Origin: Takakia lepidozioides
Taxonomy: Eukaryota > Plantae > Bryophyta
Length of the DNA stretch: 64,000 nucleotides
Assembly (NCBI GenBank): GCA_030704615.1
Contig: CM060734.1
Location: 12,090,001 to 12,154,000, forward strand
Direction: 5' to 3'
Shown: positions 1 to 11,224 of the stretch, one piece after another
How positions within the stretch are numbered: position 1 is the first letter of the stretch
Layout of the letters: each line of letters opens with the position of its first letter
Notes under the pieces: generated by a model
Databases searched by the model: none
Seen by the model: only the letters and a program-made list of their open reading frames with translations
Told to the model about the DNA's origin: nothing
Made by a program: the position numbers and the translations under genes

Positions 1-490
1 CAGGAGGAAGAGTGTCCTTACGCACCCTCGCCAGGCACAAAGCTTCGAACACCCGAGTCTGTCAATAATCACGAAGAGAGCATGAGGCAAAAGACAAAAC
101 CAACTTTTGACATGTACATCAGAACTACTTTAATTCAAAGGAACAACTCACTTTCGGCCCCGGGAACTCGCCCTTCGTAAGAGGCAGAGTGTTGATGCAT
201 GTCCAAGTTTTGATGACACGAAACCCGGAAGCTTTCATGTAGCTGAAAAGAGTTCTTCGTGCCGACATGTCATTTGACTGCATGAAAAGAAGAGCCCCCG
301 AGTCAGAAAGGAATTTGCTGCTGAATGAGAAGGCCCACTGCCAGTAACGAGAATCCGATTTGTTCCAAGTGGGGGTTGAATTGGAAGGCAACACATCAGG
401 GACAGGGAAACCGTCAGGAATGTCCAGCACCACAAGGTCAGTCGCGTATGCCTGCTGAACTCCATTCACCCAATCCGGCCTTTTTGTGAC
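1..490 (-). other. Beta-class amino-methyltransferase-like (N6_N4_Mtase) N-terminal half
   Basis: TDLVVLDIPDG (motif IV position, normally DPPY), WNK...YWQWAFSFSSKFLSDSGALLF, MKASGFRVIKTWTCIN, then TRVFEALCLAR. Order and spacing fit motifs IV-VIII. The SAM-binding motif I would lie outside the window. Confidence 0.65.
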
Positions 491-1350
491 CTATAGCCAA
501 AAACAGGAGACAGTGTCACAAGCCCAATCTTGATCCAACAGGAAATCAATCCCATCGACAAGCCAGAACAAGTTGCCAAAACAAAATTATTCACACAACA
601 GTTAAGACATATGTGCTTACCTGAGTGAAGAACAAAACAAGCATGTCCCATGATTTCGAGGGCACCCCTTTGAATGTCGACTTCCTGGATTCCATCATTG
701 CCAGAAAACTTTCATTCACCACCTTACGATGGAACTGGCCCAAAACCCTGGATGGATGTTCTCTCGCATCGAAAGGTTGCTCCCTCGACTTTGCTGTTCT
801 CTTATCCCTCCTAGTTGGAGAAGGCTGTCTTTCAGCGACCTCTGACGGGCCCTGTTCCTGCGGAGCTGCACTCTTCCCCTTCCCCTTCGGATCCCCGGCA
901 ATCTTCCCCTTCCGTTTTGGAGTAGCAGATTTCTCAGGCTCTTTTGCAGCCAGAGCAGCAATGATTCTGTCCTGAATGTCTTTGTCAGCCAGTGGGGCAA
1001 ATGCCACGGCGTTGTCGTTAAGGTTTCTCAAAACAACTTCATCGAATGGTGTGTCCTGTTTTGGTAGATCGAGGTACCACCCACAGTCTCTGAAGTGCGC
1101 CCTGCTCCAGTCTCTGGCAATACCAGCCGTGTACATTGTCTTGTCATTGGAGGGGTCAGCCCACGAGTAGATGAAGTCTGGGTCATTGCTAAGGTACTTT
1201 CTCGGTATGAGGACATGATACATATACCTCAATGACACACACACCCAAAATCTAGACAGTCAATCGATCTGATCAGGACACAGATCACACATCACGAGAA
1301 GTGTATTGGCATGCAGGTCAGTAACACTGATAAACCAACGTTTGAAAGCC

Positions 1351-2120
1351 CGATTCAACATTGCGTTGACGCAATGTTGATTCGAGCTGAAATGGAAAAC
1401 ACCAAATTTGGAGAACTGCACTTTCAACAAGCACGTACGAGATGGAAAGCCCATTATCCTAAAACATCTCATGCACAACATTGGAACCCCAATCAACCTT
1501 GCGTTGACGCAAAGAAGATTGACGGATACACCTATGATAATGTAGCATTGAAAGAGACAGTGCTTGGCAACGGAATTCAACATTGCGTCAACGCAAGGTT
1601 GTTTTCATTAACAGAGGAAATGGAAAACAGTGATTGAAAACCACCATCCGAATATCTGTTGGTATGGATATTCAACCTTGCGTTGACGCAAGGTTGAATT
1701 CCTCTGTTGAAACAACTGTCCAGGGTATTTTTGATAACCTTAACTTTCCTACAATTGTATGGAAATCGGGGTATTTTGGCAGGATTAATCTAGCAATCCA
1801 TACCGTCAAACAATGTTGCGTCAACGCAAGGCTGTTTGATGGTACAGTGTAAGCTCTAAACAACATTTCAAACAGACTCCAAACCGACTTTAAGTTCATC
1901 CTGGCAGCATTGCAACTGGAAACCACAAAAAAAACAGCCCAAGAACAAAGGAAAACCTACACAGCCAGGCCCTTCATCAACCTTGCGTTGACGCAAGGTT
2001 GATTTTCCTGTCAATTTTTGCCTTTTCACATGCAGAATAACGACTTCATTGGATACCCCAGGTACATGAAAGTGAAACCAAAACAAAGGGATACAAGCTT
2101 GCGTTAACGCAATGTTGTTC
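1351..2120. repeat. Array of seven ~26-bp palindromes, consensus TCAAC(C/A)TTGCGT-YR-ACGCAA(G/T)GTTGA, with non-repetitive spacers, inside intron 1269-2211
   Basis: Copies at ~1355-1380, 1493-1518, 1577-1602, 1670-1699, 1806-1839, 1976-2003 and 2093-2118. The core TTGCGTYRACGCAA is present in all seven. Confidence 0.95.
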
Positions 2121-3358
2121 GGCTGCACGTCCAGAGCCTTCATAGCTCCCTGAAAACCTCCGAATTCGCAGTTCTACATGGAAAAAACAAAACAAGAATA
2201 CAGAAACATACACTTCAAGTACCAGAATTGTTTCTTGGAGGTCACACCTGTACAACACTCGTTTCATTGCTTGCTCGCTGTTGTACTGGTTTTTGAATTC
2301 GTAGGACTTGGAGATTCTTTTTTCTCTCTCAAACTCCCTGAAAAAACAGGTGTTCCAGACAGCGAGCTTCCATCTCCTGATATAGGCCTCCAGTGTGATC
2401 CGGGGGCAAGACATCTGGATTTTGTAGTCTGCCATTGACTCCCCAAGTGCAGCCACCGCTCGTTTTTCCAACTGTAGCAAGAAAGATCATAATAATTGTG
2501 GAGAGAGCACGGAGCAGCACAAGCATTTGAAAATGGTTTTGTGGAAACTTTACCTGGCTCCAGAAGGTTGCTTTGTGTAGCCACTGGTCGAATGTGTGGT
2601 CGCTTACAACTTTTATTGCTTGTGTCTTCGAGTCCCTCTGAGGAGATGGGAACATGTTGGTGTCTCTCACAAGTGGATCGGAATTCCAGATCTCCAACCA
2701 CTTGATTTTGGTTGCATTGTCCACCATTGAAATGGAGAGGCGATGCAGTTTCTTTTGGGTCATCTCTGGCTTTGAGCCATACTTGTCATAATGTGCTTTC
2801 ACCTGTTCCAAAAATTCCGTGCCAAGACTTGGATCTGCTATGCGGATTTGTTTGTCGAACGCACTCATGAGGTTCTTCCTTTGATTGTTCATCTCGAATT
2901 TCATTATGTCCTCAAGCCTAGTAGCAGACCTCTGCTCTTCTGTGTGGGAAGCATAATACTCTGCTTTCGCCTTCAAACCAGTTTTTGCTATTTCTTGCTG
3001 CATACATTACAGGGAGAAAGAATCAAACACTGCCGTTTCTTGATAAAATTTGCAGTAACAACAATCGGACAGATATCAAGAAGCTTACCGTGTACATGTA
3101 GTCAAGAAAAGCCTTCCATTGTCAGGCTGTACCATGTGCTTGTCTTCTTTTCAGCACACCTCTTCATCTGCTGAGGACTGAGCACGTTCTTGAATGACTC
3201 CAGTGGCATCAGCCCTATCTTCTGGATACGGAATAGAGTGTGGCAGAGATTTGTTGTCATATGGGAGGTATCATTGGACCTGGAAAAACCTTCAACTCAT
3301 AAGATGATTTCTAATTGTGTAAACGCAGATCGGAACGGGAACAATGTTGGTAACTTAC

Positions 3359-3852
3359 TTGTTTATGTCGTGCATGGCTGTCAAGATCTGCGTGACACGT
3401 CCTTTGTGGTCGAGTACCATGGAAACCACGCTCCAATGCCATTCGATCTCGTCCGAGTGCAAGCTTGAAATGTAATCCATCTAGGCAAGCAGTCTATGGT
3501 TCCCATCCCAGACAAAAAACATCTTTCCCATAAATGCTTTTGTGGAGGCCTTTTTGGACAGCTTGAACTCAAACTCCCTGTTTACATCCCGCCAGCATGC
3601 ATCCCAACTTTGCTCTATCTCCTCTGTTACAGGACACTCCTCTCCTTTCGTGTTCACAGTGGATACATAGAACACAACAGATCCCTTGACATAGCCGTGA
3701 ACAAAATTGTTTTTCAACTTCGTGATGTCGTTCCTCAATGCGGGTCGAACCGCGGGCATGGAGATCATCTTGCATAGTGGGATAACCAGGTTTCCGCCGG
3801 GAACCTCCATCGACAGAATCACCTTCGAGGAGTTCACTTTCTGCCCACCCAT
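3359..3852 (-). other. ParB/sulfiredoxin-like N-terminal domain exon
   Basis: VRP...FFVWDGNHRLLA matches the ParB-type GxxRxxA motif; the frame continues past the stop as MDYISSLHSDEIEWHWSVVSMVLD...AMHDINK. Confidence 0.7.
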
Positions 3853-4389
3853 AACGATCGTCAAGGATTGTGTTCTTCTGTGATAGTTCTGCGCGCTACG
3901 TGTCCTTGTGCACAGTATAAACCGCACACTTTGCTTATCACTAATCCCTCCCGCTTTCTCCTAACCATACTGATGTTTAGACTACAAACCTCACTAATCT
4001 ACGACCAACTCACTAATCAGGCTGCCGGTAGGGCTGCTAATCCGCAATTAGCAGAATAATTACCTGGACAACTTACAGAAAAACGTACTAAATAAAAGAT
4101 TACAAAACAATAATAAGCAATAATAAATTGAATGAACTATTAAGTATGTTCACAAGTTTTCATCTTGGAGGCGTCTTTTATTATTTTCGCTGCAATATTT
4201 ATTGTCCTCTTTTACCCGAACTCCAATCGCCTCCAATTGCTTTAGACATGACTCGGCGAGGCATCATAGTCATTACACTCCGGTGCGGCTTCCAAACTCA
4301 CCCAGTTCAATTTCAATCTATTCATATGCTATGATGTAGATGTGTTTTGAATCGGTCTATCTGATTCTGACAAAGAGCCATCCAATCTT

Positions 4390-6960
4390 CTATGTTGAGA
4401 AAGTAGCCTGAGAATAGCGTATCCATCGGTTGGACGTCGCTCATTTCAAAAATAAAATAAAATAAAAATAAAATATGTATTTTATTTTCTTACAAAAGAA
4501 AAGAAAACGACGCTCAATTGAGGGTCGTTTTTTTTTTTAATTTCAAAAAATCCTGCAATGTGAGAATACAGGACATGCGCGTCCTGGTCGGAGGTCGATT
4601 TTTTTTATAAAATAAAAATAAAAACAAAACAAAATATATCTCTTTTACATAAAGAAAATAAAGTGATCGCACAATTCGCGTCCGCTTCTTTTTTTAATTT
4701 AAAAAACTCATGCAATGCTGAGAAAATAGCTTGAGCGATAGCGCGTCCATCGGTTAGACGTCGCTCCTTTGAAAAATAAAAATAAAATAAATATTCGATA
4801 ATTATTTTTTTATTATTTTTTATTATTTGTTTTAAAAAAAAACCAACGCCCAATTGAAGGTCGTTTTTTCCTTAAATTTCAAAAAATCTTGCAATGTGAG
4901 AATACAGGACATGCGCATCCTGGTCAAAGGTCGATTTCTTGAAGAATAATTTTTTAAAAGAAAACATTTTTTTTTATTAAAAAAATGAAAATAAAGTGAC
5001 CGCACAATTGACGGCCGCTTTCTTTTTTTAGTTTAAAAAACTCGTGCAATGCTGAGAAAATAGCCTAGCGTAGCGCGTCCATCGGTTGGACGACGCTTCT
5101 TTTTAAAAAAGAAAGGAAAATAAAAAAAGATAAATACTTCAAAAACTCCTGCAATGTGAGAATACAGGACGTGCGCGTCCTGGTGAGAGGCCCATTTTTT
5201 TTAATAAATAAATTAAAGAAAAACAAACTATTTTCTTTTTTATAAAATGGGCTGCTTCTTTGTTTAATTTAAACAACTCATGCAATGCTGAGAAAATAGC
5301 CCGAGCGTAGCGCGTCCATCGGTTGGACAACGCTTCTTTCTAAAATGAAACGAAAATAAAAATAAGATAAATATTTCAAAAACTCTTGCAATGTGAGAAT
5401 ACAAGACATGCACGTCCTAGTCAAAGGTCAATTTCTTGAAGACACAAACTAGTTTCTTTTTATAAAATGAAAATAAAGTGACTGCACAATTGACTGCCGC
5501 TTCTTTTTTTAGTTTAAAAACTCATGCAATGCTGAGAAAATAGCCTGAGCGTAGTGCATCCATCGGTTGGACGACGCTCCTTTCAAAAAAGAAAGGAATA
5601 AATAAATAAATAAATAAATATTTCAAAAACTCCTGCAATGTGAGAATACAGGACGTGCGCGTCCTTGTCAGATGTCCATTTTTTTTTAAATAAATTAAAA
5701 AAAAAACAAACTATTTTCTTTTTTATAAAAAGAAAATAAAGTGACCGCACAATTGACGGCTGCTTCTTTGTTTAATTTAAAAAACTCATGCAATGCTGAC
5801 AAAATAGCCCGAGCGTAGCGCGTCCATCGGTTGGACAACGCTCCTTTCTAAAATGAAAGGAAAATGAAAATAAGATAAATATTTCAAAAACTCCTGCAAT
5901 GTGAGAATACAAGACGTGCGCGTCCTGCTCAAAGGTTGATTTCTTGAAGAATAAATTTTTAAAAGAAAACAAACTATTTTCTTCTTATAAAATGAAAATA
6001 AAGTGACCGCACAATTGATGGCCGCTTCTTTTTTTAGTTTAAAAAAATCATGCAATGCTGAGAAAATAGATTAAGCGTAGCGCGTCCATCGGTTGGACGA
6101 CACTCCTTTCAAAAAAGAAAGGAAAATGAAAAAAAGATAAATATTTGAAAAACTCCTGCAATGTGAGAATACAGGAGGTGCGCGTCCTGGTCAGCGGTCC
6201 ATTTTTTTTAAATAAATTAAAAAAACTATTTTCTTTTTTATAAAAAGAAAATAAAGTGACTGCACAATTGACGGCTGCTTCTTTGTTTAATTTTAAAAAC
6301 TCATGCAATGCTGAGAAAATAGCCCGAGCGTAGTGCGTCCATCGGTTGGACAACGCTACTTTCTAAAATGAAAGGAAAATGAAAAAAAGATAAATATTTC
6401 AAAAACTCCTGCAATGTGAGAATACAGGACGTGCGCATTCTGGTCGGAGGTCGATCTTTTAAAAATAATGTTTTCTTAAAAAACTATTTTTTAAAAATAA
6501 AAATAAAATAAAGTGTCCGCACAATTGACGGCCGCTTCTTTGTTTAATTTAAAAAACTCATGCAATGCTGAGAAAATAGCCCGAGCGTAGGGCATCCATC
6601 GGTTGGACAACGCTCTTTTCTAAAATGAAAGAAAAATGAAAATAAGATAAATATTTCAAAAACTCCTGCAATGTGAGAATACAGGACATGCGCGTCCTGG
6701 CCAGAGGTCGATTTTTTAAGAACATTATTTAAAAGAAAACAATTTTTTCATTAAAAAAATGACCGCACAATTGACGGCCGTTTCTTTTTTTAATTTAAAA
6801 AACTCTTGCAATGCTGAGAAAATAGCCTGTGCGTAGCGCGTCCACGATTGGACGACGCTCCTTTCAAAAATAAAATAAAAATAAAAATAAGATAAATATT
6901 TCAAAAACTCTGCAATGTGAGAATACACGACACCCGCGTCCTGGTCGGAGGTCGTTTTTT
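4390..6960. repeat. Tandem satellite, ~250-bp unit, ~10 copies; GC hairpins separated by A/T tracts
   Basis: Recurrent TGCAATGCTGAGAAAATAGC, GCGTCCATCGGTTGGAC, CAGGACGTGCGCGTCCTG and GTGACCGCACAATTGACGG at about 235-265 bp spacing (one ~330). Confidence 0.95.
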
Positions 6961-6994
6961 TTTTAAAAATGTATTTTAAAAAAAAAAAAAAAAT

Positions 6995-8145
6995 TGGTGT
7001 GGTTCAAGCTCAAATTTAGCTCGCATGTGCTTGAATATGTGTGCAACACATGTGCAGAGATTCAACAAAAGAAAGAAAAAAAAAAATGCCTCCCAAACGA
7101 CGCACTCACCCTTAAACCAATTTTGAATTAAATCGATTTTAAATGAATTTTAAATAAATAATTAGACTTAGAATGTATATGATTGTGGGTTTCTGCTACG
7201 TAATGATTTTGTTTTCGGCACAATTTTGTTCTATGTATTCAACCCTCACACCTGTGCATCCTTGCAAAAATTTGGACCAAACAAAAATTGAAAAAGAAAA
7301 AGGTCTTCTCTTCGCTCACTATTATAGAACTCTCTATGAAGAGTGCATGAACTTGAAGACAAATCAACTTTGAAATGCAAATGAGGCGCGAAAAATCGTG
7401 GTTTGGGGTCCAAATGACTTTTGTTTGCTCCCAAATTTTGCACGCACATTGCATATGCTATCGTTAAGCATGTGGTTCAAGAATGGAGCAAAACAAAATT
7501 CATGAGCAGACAAAACGCAGTCGAACAGGTCCAAGAGTAATACGCGATGAAAAGAAATTTGTTCGTTGGGCCAACAAATGGATGCCCATCCAAATTTTGC
7601 TTTGAAACTTTGCCAGCATGCCCGGTCCACCGTCTCACAAGTCCCGGATGAATACGACATCAATCGAAATTCGTTCAATAGCCCAACGGACGGTTGCCCA
7701 TCTAGATGATTGTTGTTTGCTTTCAAATTTTGCCAGTATGTTCAGTATACCATATAACAGGTCCCAGAGTAATATGAGATCAAACGAAATTTGTTCGATG
7801 GGCCAACGGATGGATGCCAATCCAAATGATTTTTGTTTGCTTTGAAACTTTGGCAGTAGGTTCAGTATACCGTCTCACAGGTCCCAGAGTAATATGAGAT
7901 GAAACAAAATTCGTTCAATGGGCCAAGGACGCGTTCACCTCTCATCCAATTTTGTTCATTGGGAGAAAGGAATCATGTCATGGATGAACGGCTATTGCAC
8001 CCATGGAATGGATGTGGTTCAAGCTCAAATTTAGTCCGCACGTGCTTGAATATGTGTGCAACACATGTGCAAAGATTCAACCAAAAAAAAAAAACATTTG
8101 CTTTCCCAACGACGCACTCACCTTAAACCAACTTTGAATTAAATC
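6995..8145 (+). repeat. Composite repeat family: ~530-bp module + ~120-bp tandem subarray + linker
   Basis: The 120-bp unit AATATGAGATCAA.CGAAATTCGTTCAATGGGCCAACGGATGGTTGCCCATCCAAATGA... is repeated, and the module start recurs at ~8010. Confidence 0.9.
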
Positions 8146-8149
8146 AAGC

Positions 8150-8650
8150 AATGAGGAGGATTTGGTTGACCTCACTAAAGCATTGTGGTCTTTTCTCTCG
8201 GGCATGATTGGAGCCCAATCCGTTGTTGATTATGTCAGCACGAACTCCTACAAATCTTCCCGCCCACCGATAGATCGAAATCACGTCTACTGGTTTTGGT
8301 TTGGAAGATTTATTGATCCTTCTGTTTGGCAGTACCCACCGCAAAAAGAACCCGATTATCTCGGTATGTAGTTTAACATTACCGTATTTTGTGCGTAGTC
8401 CATCATTGTTACTTGAACTTGCATTTGTACTTTGACGTATATTGACTTCACATGACTTTTGTGAAATCAATGATGTTCTTTGGATTTTCTTTAACAATTC
8501 CCTGCTGTGCTGCTTCCTCATAGTAATATTCCAGGATCAAGTTCATAATCAAATTCGACAGGAGAAGAAAGAATAACACCAGCGGAAGGCGGAGCGGAGG
8601 GACCGCGAGGCTTTACGGTCATCAAGGTCATCAAGTACAGCTACCAGTGA
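8150..8650 (+). pseudogene. Two-exon gene fragment of unknown family (probably transposon-associated)
   Basis: ORF LTKALWSFLSG...YWFWFGRFIDPSVWQYPPQKEPDYL ends at a GTATGT donor (~8364). After an acceptor at ~8534 it reads DQVHNQIRQEKKE*HQRKAERRDR. Confidence 0.4.
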
Positions 8651-8661
8651 CATTTCTGGTC

Positions 8662-9140
8662 ATATGTTCAATCAATCTCCGCTGTATCCATTCCCTCATG
8701 TGCACAGAGTTCCGCCATCAGTGGTACCCGACGGCGCTCTCGCACATATGCCTTGAGTGTGAGCCGCTTGGGAAGCAACTCTGTATAATGTATTATTGAT
8801 GAATTAAACTATTGGTTTGTTCATTAATCACATTCTCTATGTAACACAGTCAATGTTCTGCAAGCTCCTGTGGGCCTGAATGTTCGTCAACGAAGTTTGA
8901 GATATGTTCGATCAATCTCCGACTGTATCCACTTCCTCAGGTTCACAGAGTTCCGCCATCAGTGGTAAACCGACGGTGATCTCGCACATATGCCTCAATG
9001 AGTGTGAGCTGTTGGGAAGCAACTCTGGATTATTGATGAATATAACTATTGGCCCGTTCATTAAACACATTCTTTATGTATCACTGTCAATGTTCAGCAA
9101 GCTCATGTGGGCCTGCATGTTGGTCAATGAAGTTTGAGAT
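8662..9140. repeat. Diverged tandem duplication of a ~240-bp unit
   Basis: ATATGTTC.ATCAATCTCCG...CACAGAGTTCCGCCATCAGTGGTA...GAAGTTTGAGAT occurs at ~8662 and ~8902. Confidence 0.9.
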
Positions 9141-9860
9141 GAACTTCCCTGATATCTCATCTTGTGGAGTTTGCATGGAACAGCAGTGCTATCAAATGTT
9201 ATCAAAACAAGGACAACCAGCATTTAGCCCAGTGGTAATGGGCACATACCACGTTGGATATGGTTGTGGGTTCAAACCACGGTCTGGTGTGTCATGAAGG
9301 TGTCCACCTTTCAGCTGGAAGGCAGTAGCCCTTGTGGTGAAGAGACACCATAAGTTACGTTCCCTTCGGGAGGCGTCATACTTCTTTAGTTTGTCAAAAC
9401 AAGATGACTTCATTAACATTGGAGGCTGAAACAGATGAGGCTGGAGGCTGGAGGACTTTGTTGTGTACTCAATCCACACCGAAGTTTGAAACGGATTGTG
9501 GAGGCTTTCAAAAGTACTTCATAATATTTCAAGAGAAGGAATTTTATGATGTTTGCATAATACGATGGGGACCAACTGACACGATCATCGTCTATGACTG
9601 AATTCGGGTTCCATAACACGCAATTCAATCACCCAAGATGGTCGTCTCATTTGGTCCTAGACGGATTGTGGAAGCTTTGTAAACTCCTTATCTTTAAATG
9701 GATTGAAGTAATTTTGGCTGCTTCCAAAATCCCTCCCAGAGCAACTGACAACATCCTCGTGGTTGATTGAAATTGGGTTCCAAACCGTTTGTTGTGGTTT
9801 TCCATGGTGATGAAATTGAACCCATTGTACTTCATAACAAGGTTGAATAAATCTCTCCGT
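9140..9860 (-). pseudogene. Degraded transposase-like fragment with possible SWIM zinc finger (MULE-like)
   Basis: Minus-strand CPCFD followed, after a frameshift, by PCKLH resembles the SWIM CxC...CxH pattern; many stops. Confidence 0.35.
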
Positions 9861-11224
9861 CCTATGGAGGCTACGTCATGATAGCCAATAATTGCAGTCG
9901 TTACATTTGGACGTCACGTCTGGATGTTTAAATCCTCCACCAACAGCACGTGACGTCCAGACGTGACGCACGTCTCGATGTAACGTCTGACGTAACGCAG
10001 ACGTATTCGCAGACGTGTCCGCGCCACGTCATGTCCGGAAACAACAGATTCCCTACATCTGATCTGTATCCTCCTTGGCCTCGTCGAGCACTAATATGTG
10101 GAGGGCTATCTCTAGTACTCCCCAATGCCCGAAAATAGAGATAGCACCTTCATGCCATCTGGGTAGAGTTGTCGTAGCAATGAGAAGTGAAATCCAACTG
10201 TGTTTACAGATAAGCTTTGAACGATGGCTGCCGACATCGAAGGAGGAAGCGCTTCAAATCATCCACCAGCAGCATGTGACGTCCGACGTGACACACATTT
10301 GGATGGGACCACTCTTCAACCTCCATTGGAGGCTCCATAGAGCCTAATTGGAGAGAGAGCAATCAGCAGCTGGTAGTGTGCGGAGGCAAGGCTTGGTCGA
10401 TATATATGGATGGACTAGCCTTTAACTTCCATTGGAGGCTCTACAGAGACTAATTGCACAGAGACTAACTTGTTCATCTGCATAGGGGTCTTTGGATATG
10501 ATGTTGCTTTCTGTAGGCGCTTCTATCATCTAAATGCTTGGCCACAAAGCTGACTCCAGTGTCTAAACGAACAGTACTAGCAGAGCGCATTAATCAAGGT
10601 GTAGACACGTTGTGCTGACCGTTGCATACATGCAAGAAATGTGGAAATGCAGATAACAAAGAAATTGAGAATATGTAGCTTCTTCTTCTTCTTCTTCTTC
10701 ATCCTTCTTCCTTAGCATTGGTTGAGGAGTTAAGCTAAAAACTGTTTTGGTGGTATAACTTATCGACTGGTGCACTTTCACTTTAATTTCTTTTAGAGTG
10801 CTGACTTTTGGGGTCTCCATAATTGGATGTATTGTAGAGGTTGGAGATCTTCCAATGTTAGAGGTGTTTTGTAGAGGTTGTGATGGACGTTGCCCGTTTG
10901 GTAGGGATGCGATCTCTGAGGTTGCAATCAATTTTAGGGCAGTCTCCAGAGCGCGAGCATCTAGATAACAACGGCAATCGGGCCGAGTATACTTCAAATG
11001 ATGGAATCCATTTGAACAGTGATAAAATGATTGCGGGTTCAAATGCAAGCATTGAAAACTTGGTTCTTTACAAACACAATGGCATCAAATACTTGTTGGT
11101 GTGTTGGACTGCTCCCAACTTTCAATCTTACCTTGATTAGCATCCACTCAATCTTCAGAGACAAAGCTGTCCAAGAACTCACTGTCCATCGTGAGAAAAA
11201 AGAATTGGCCGTCAATTGCGTTCC

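Larger units (their letters stand above)
1..3852 (-). pseudogene. Multi-exon ParB/Srx-like domain + beta-class N6A/N4C DNA methyltransferase-like fusion gene; degraded; 3' end lies beyond window start
   Basis: Predicted exons 3852-3359, 3279-3089, 2997-2212, 1268-621, 490-152 and 58-<1, joined by GT..AG introns (donors GTAAGT, GTAAGC, GTATGT, GTAAGC, GTGAGT). Lesions: in-frame TAG at 3481-3483 and apparent frameshifts near 3110, 2500 and the (GT)n at ~1240. The start codon is uncertain. Confidence 0.75.

Noticed and set aside
1351-2120. CRISPR array interpretation of the palindromes
   Set aside because: Spacers are long and irregular (about 60-140 bp), repeat flanks vary, no cas genes are present, and the array lies in a spliceosomal intron.
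1-3927. Bacterial contamination or prophage as the source of the ParB/MTase sequence
   Set aside because: The coding blocks are separated by canonical GT-AG introns and are contiguous with plant repeats and genes.
4605-8126. Numerous 60-120 aa ORFs in the satellites (also 11.5-13 kb, 22-23 kb, 28 kb)
   Set aside because: They are translations of tandem repeats with no protein-like features.
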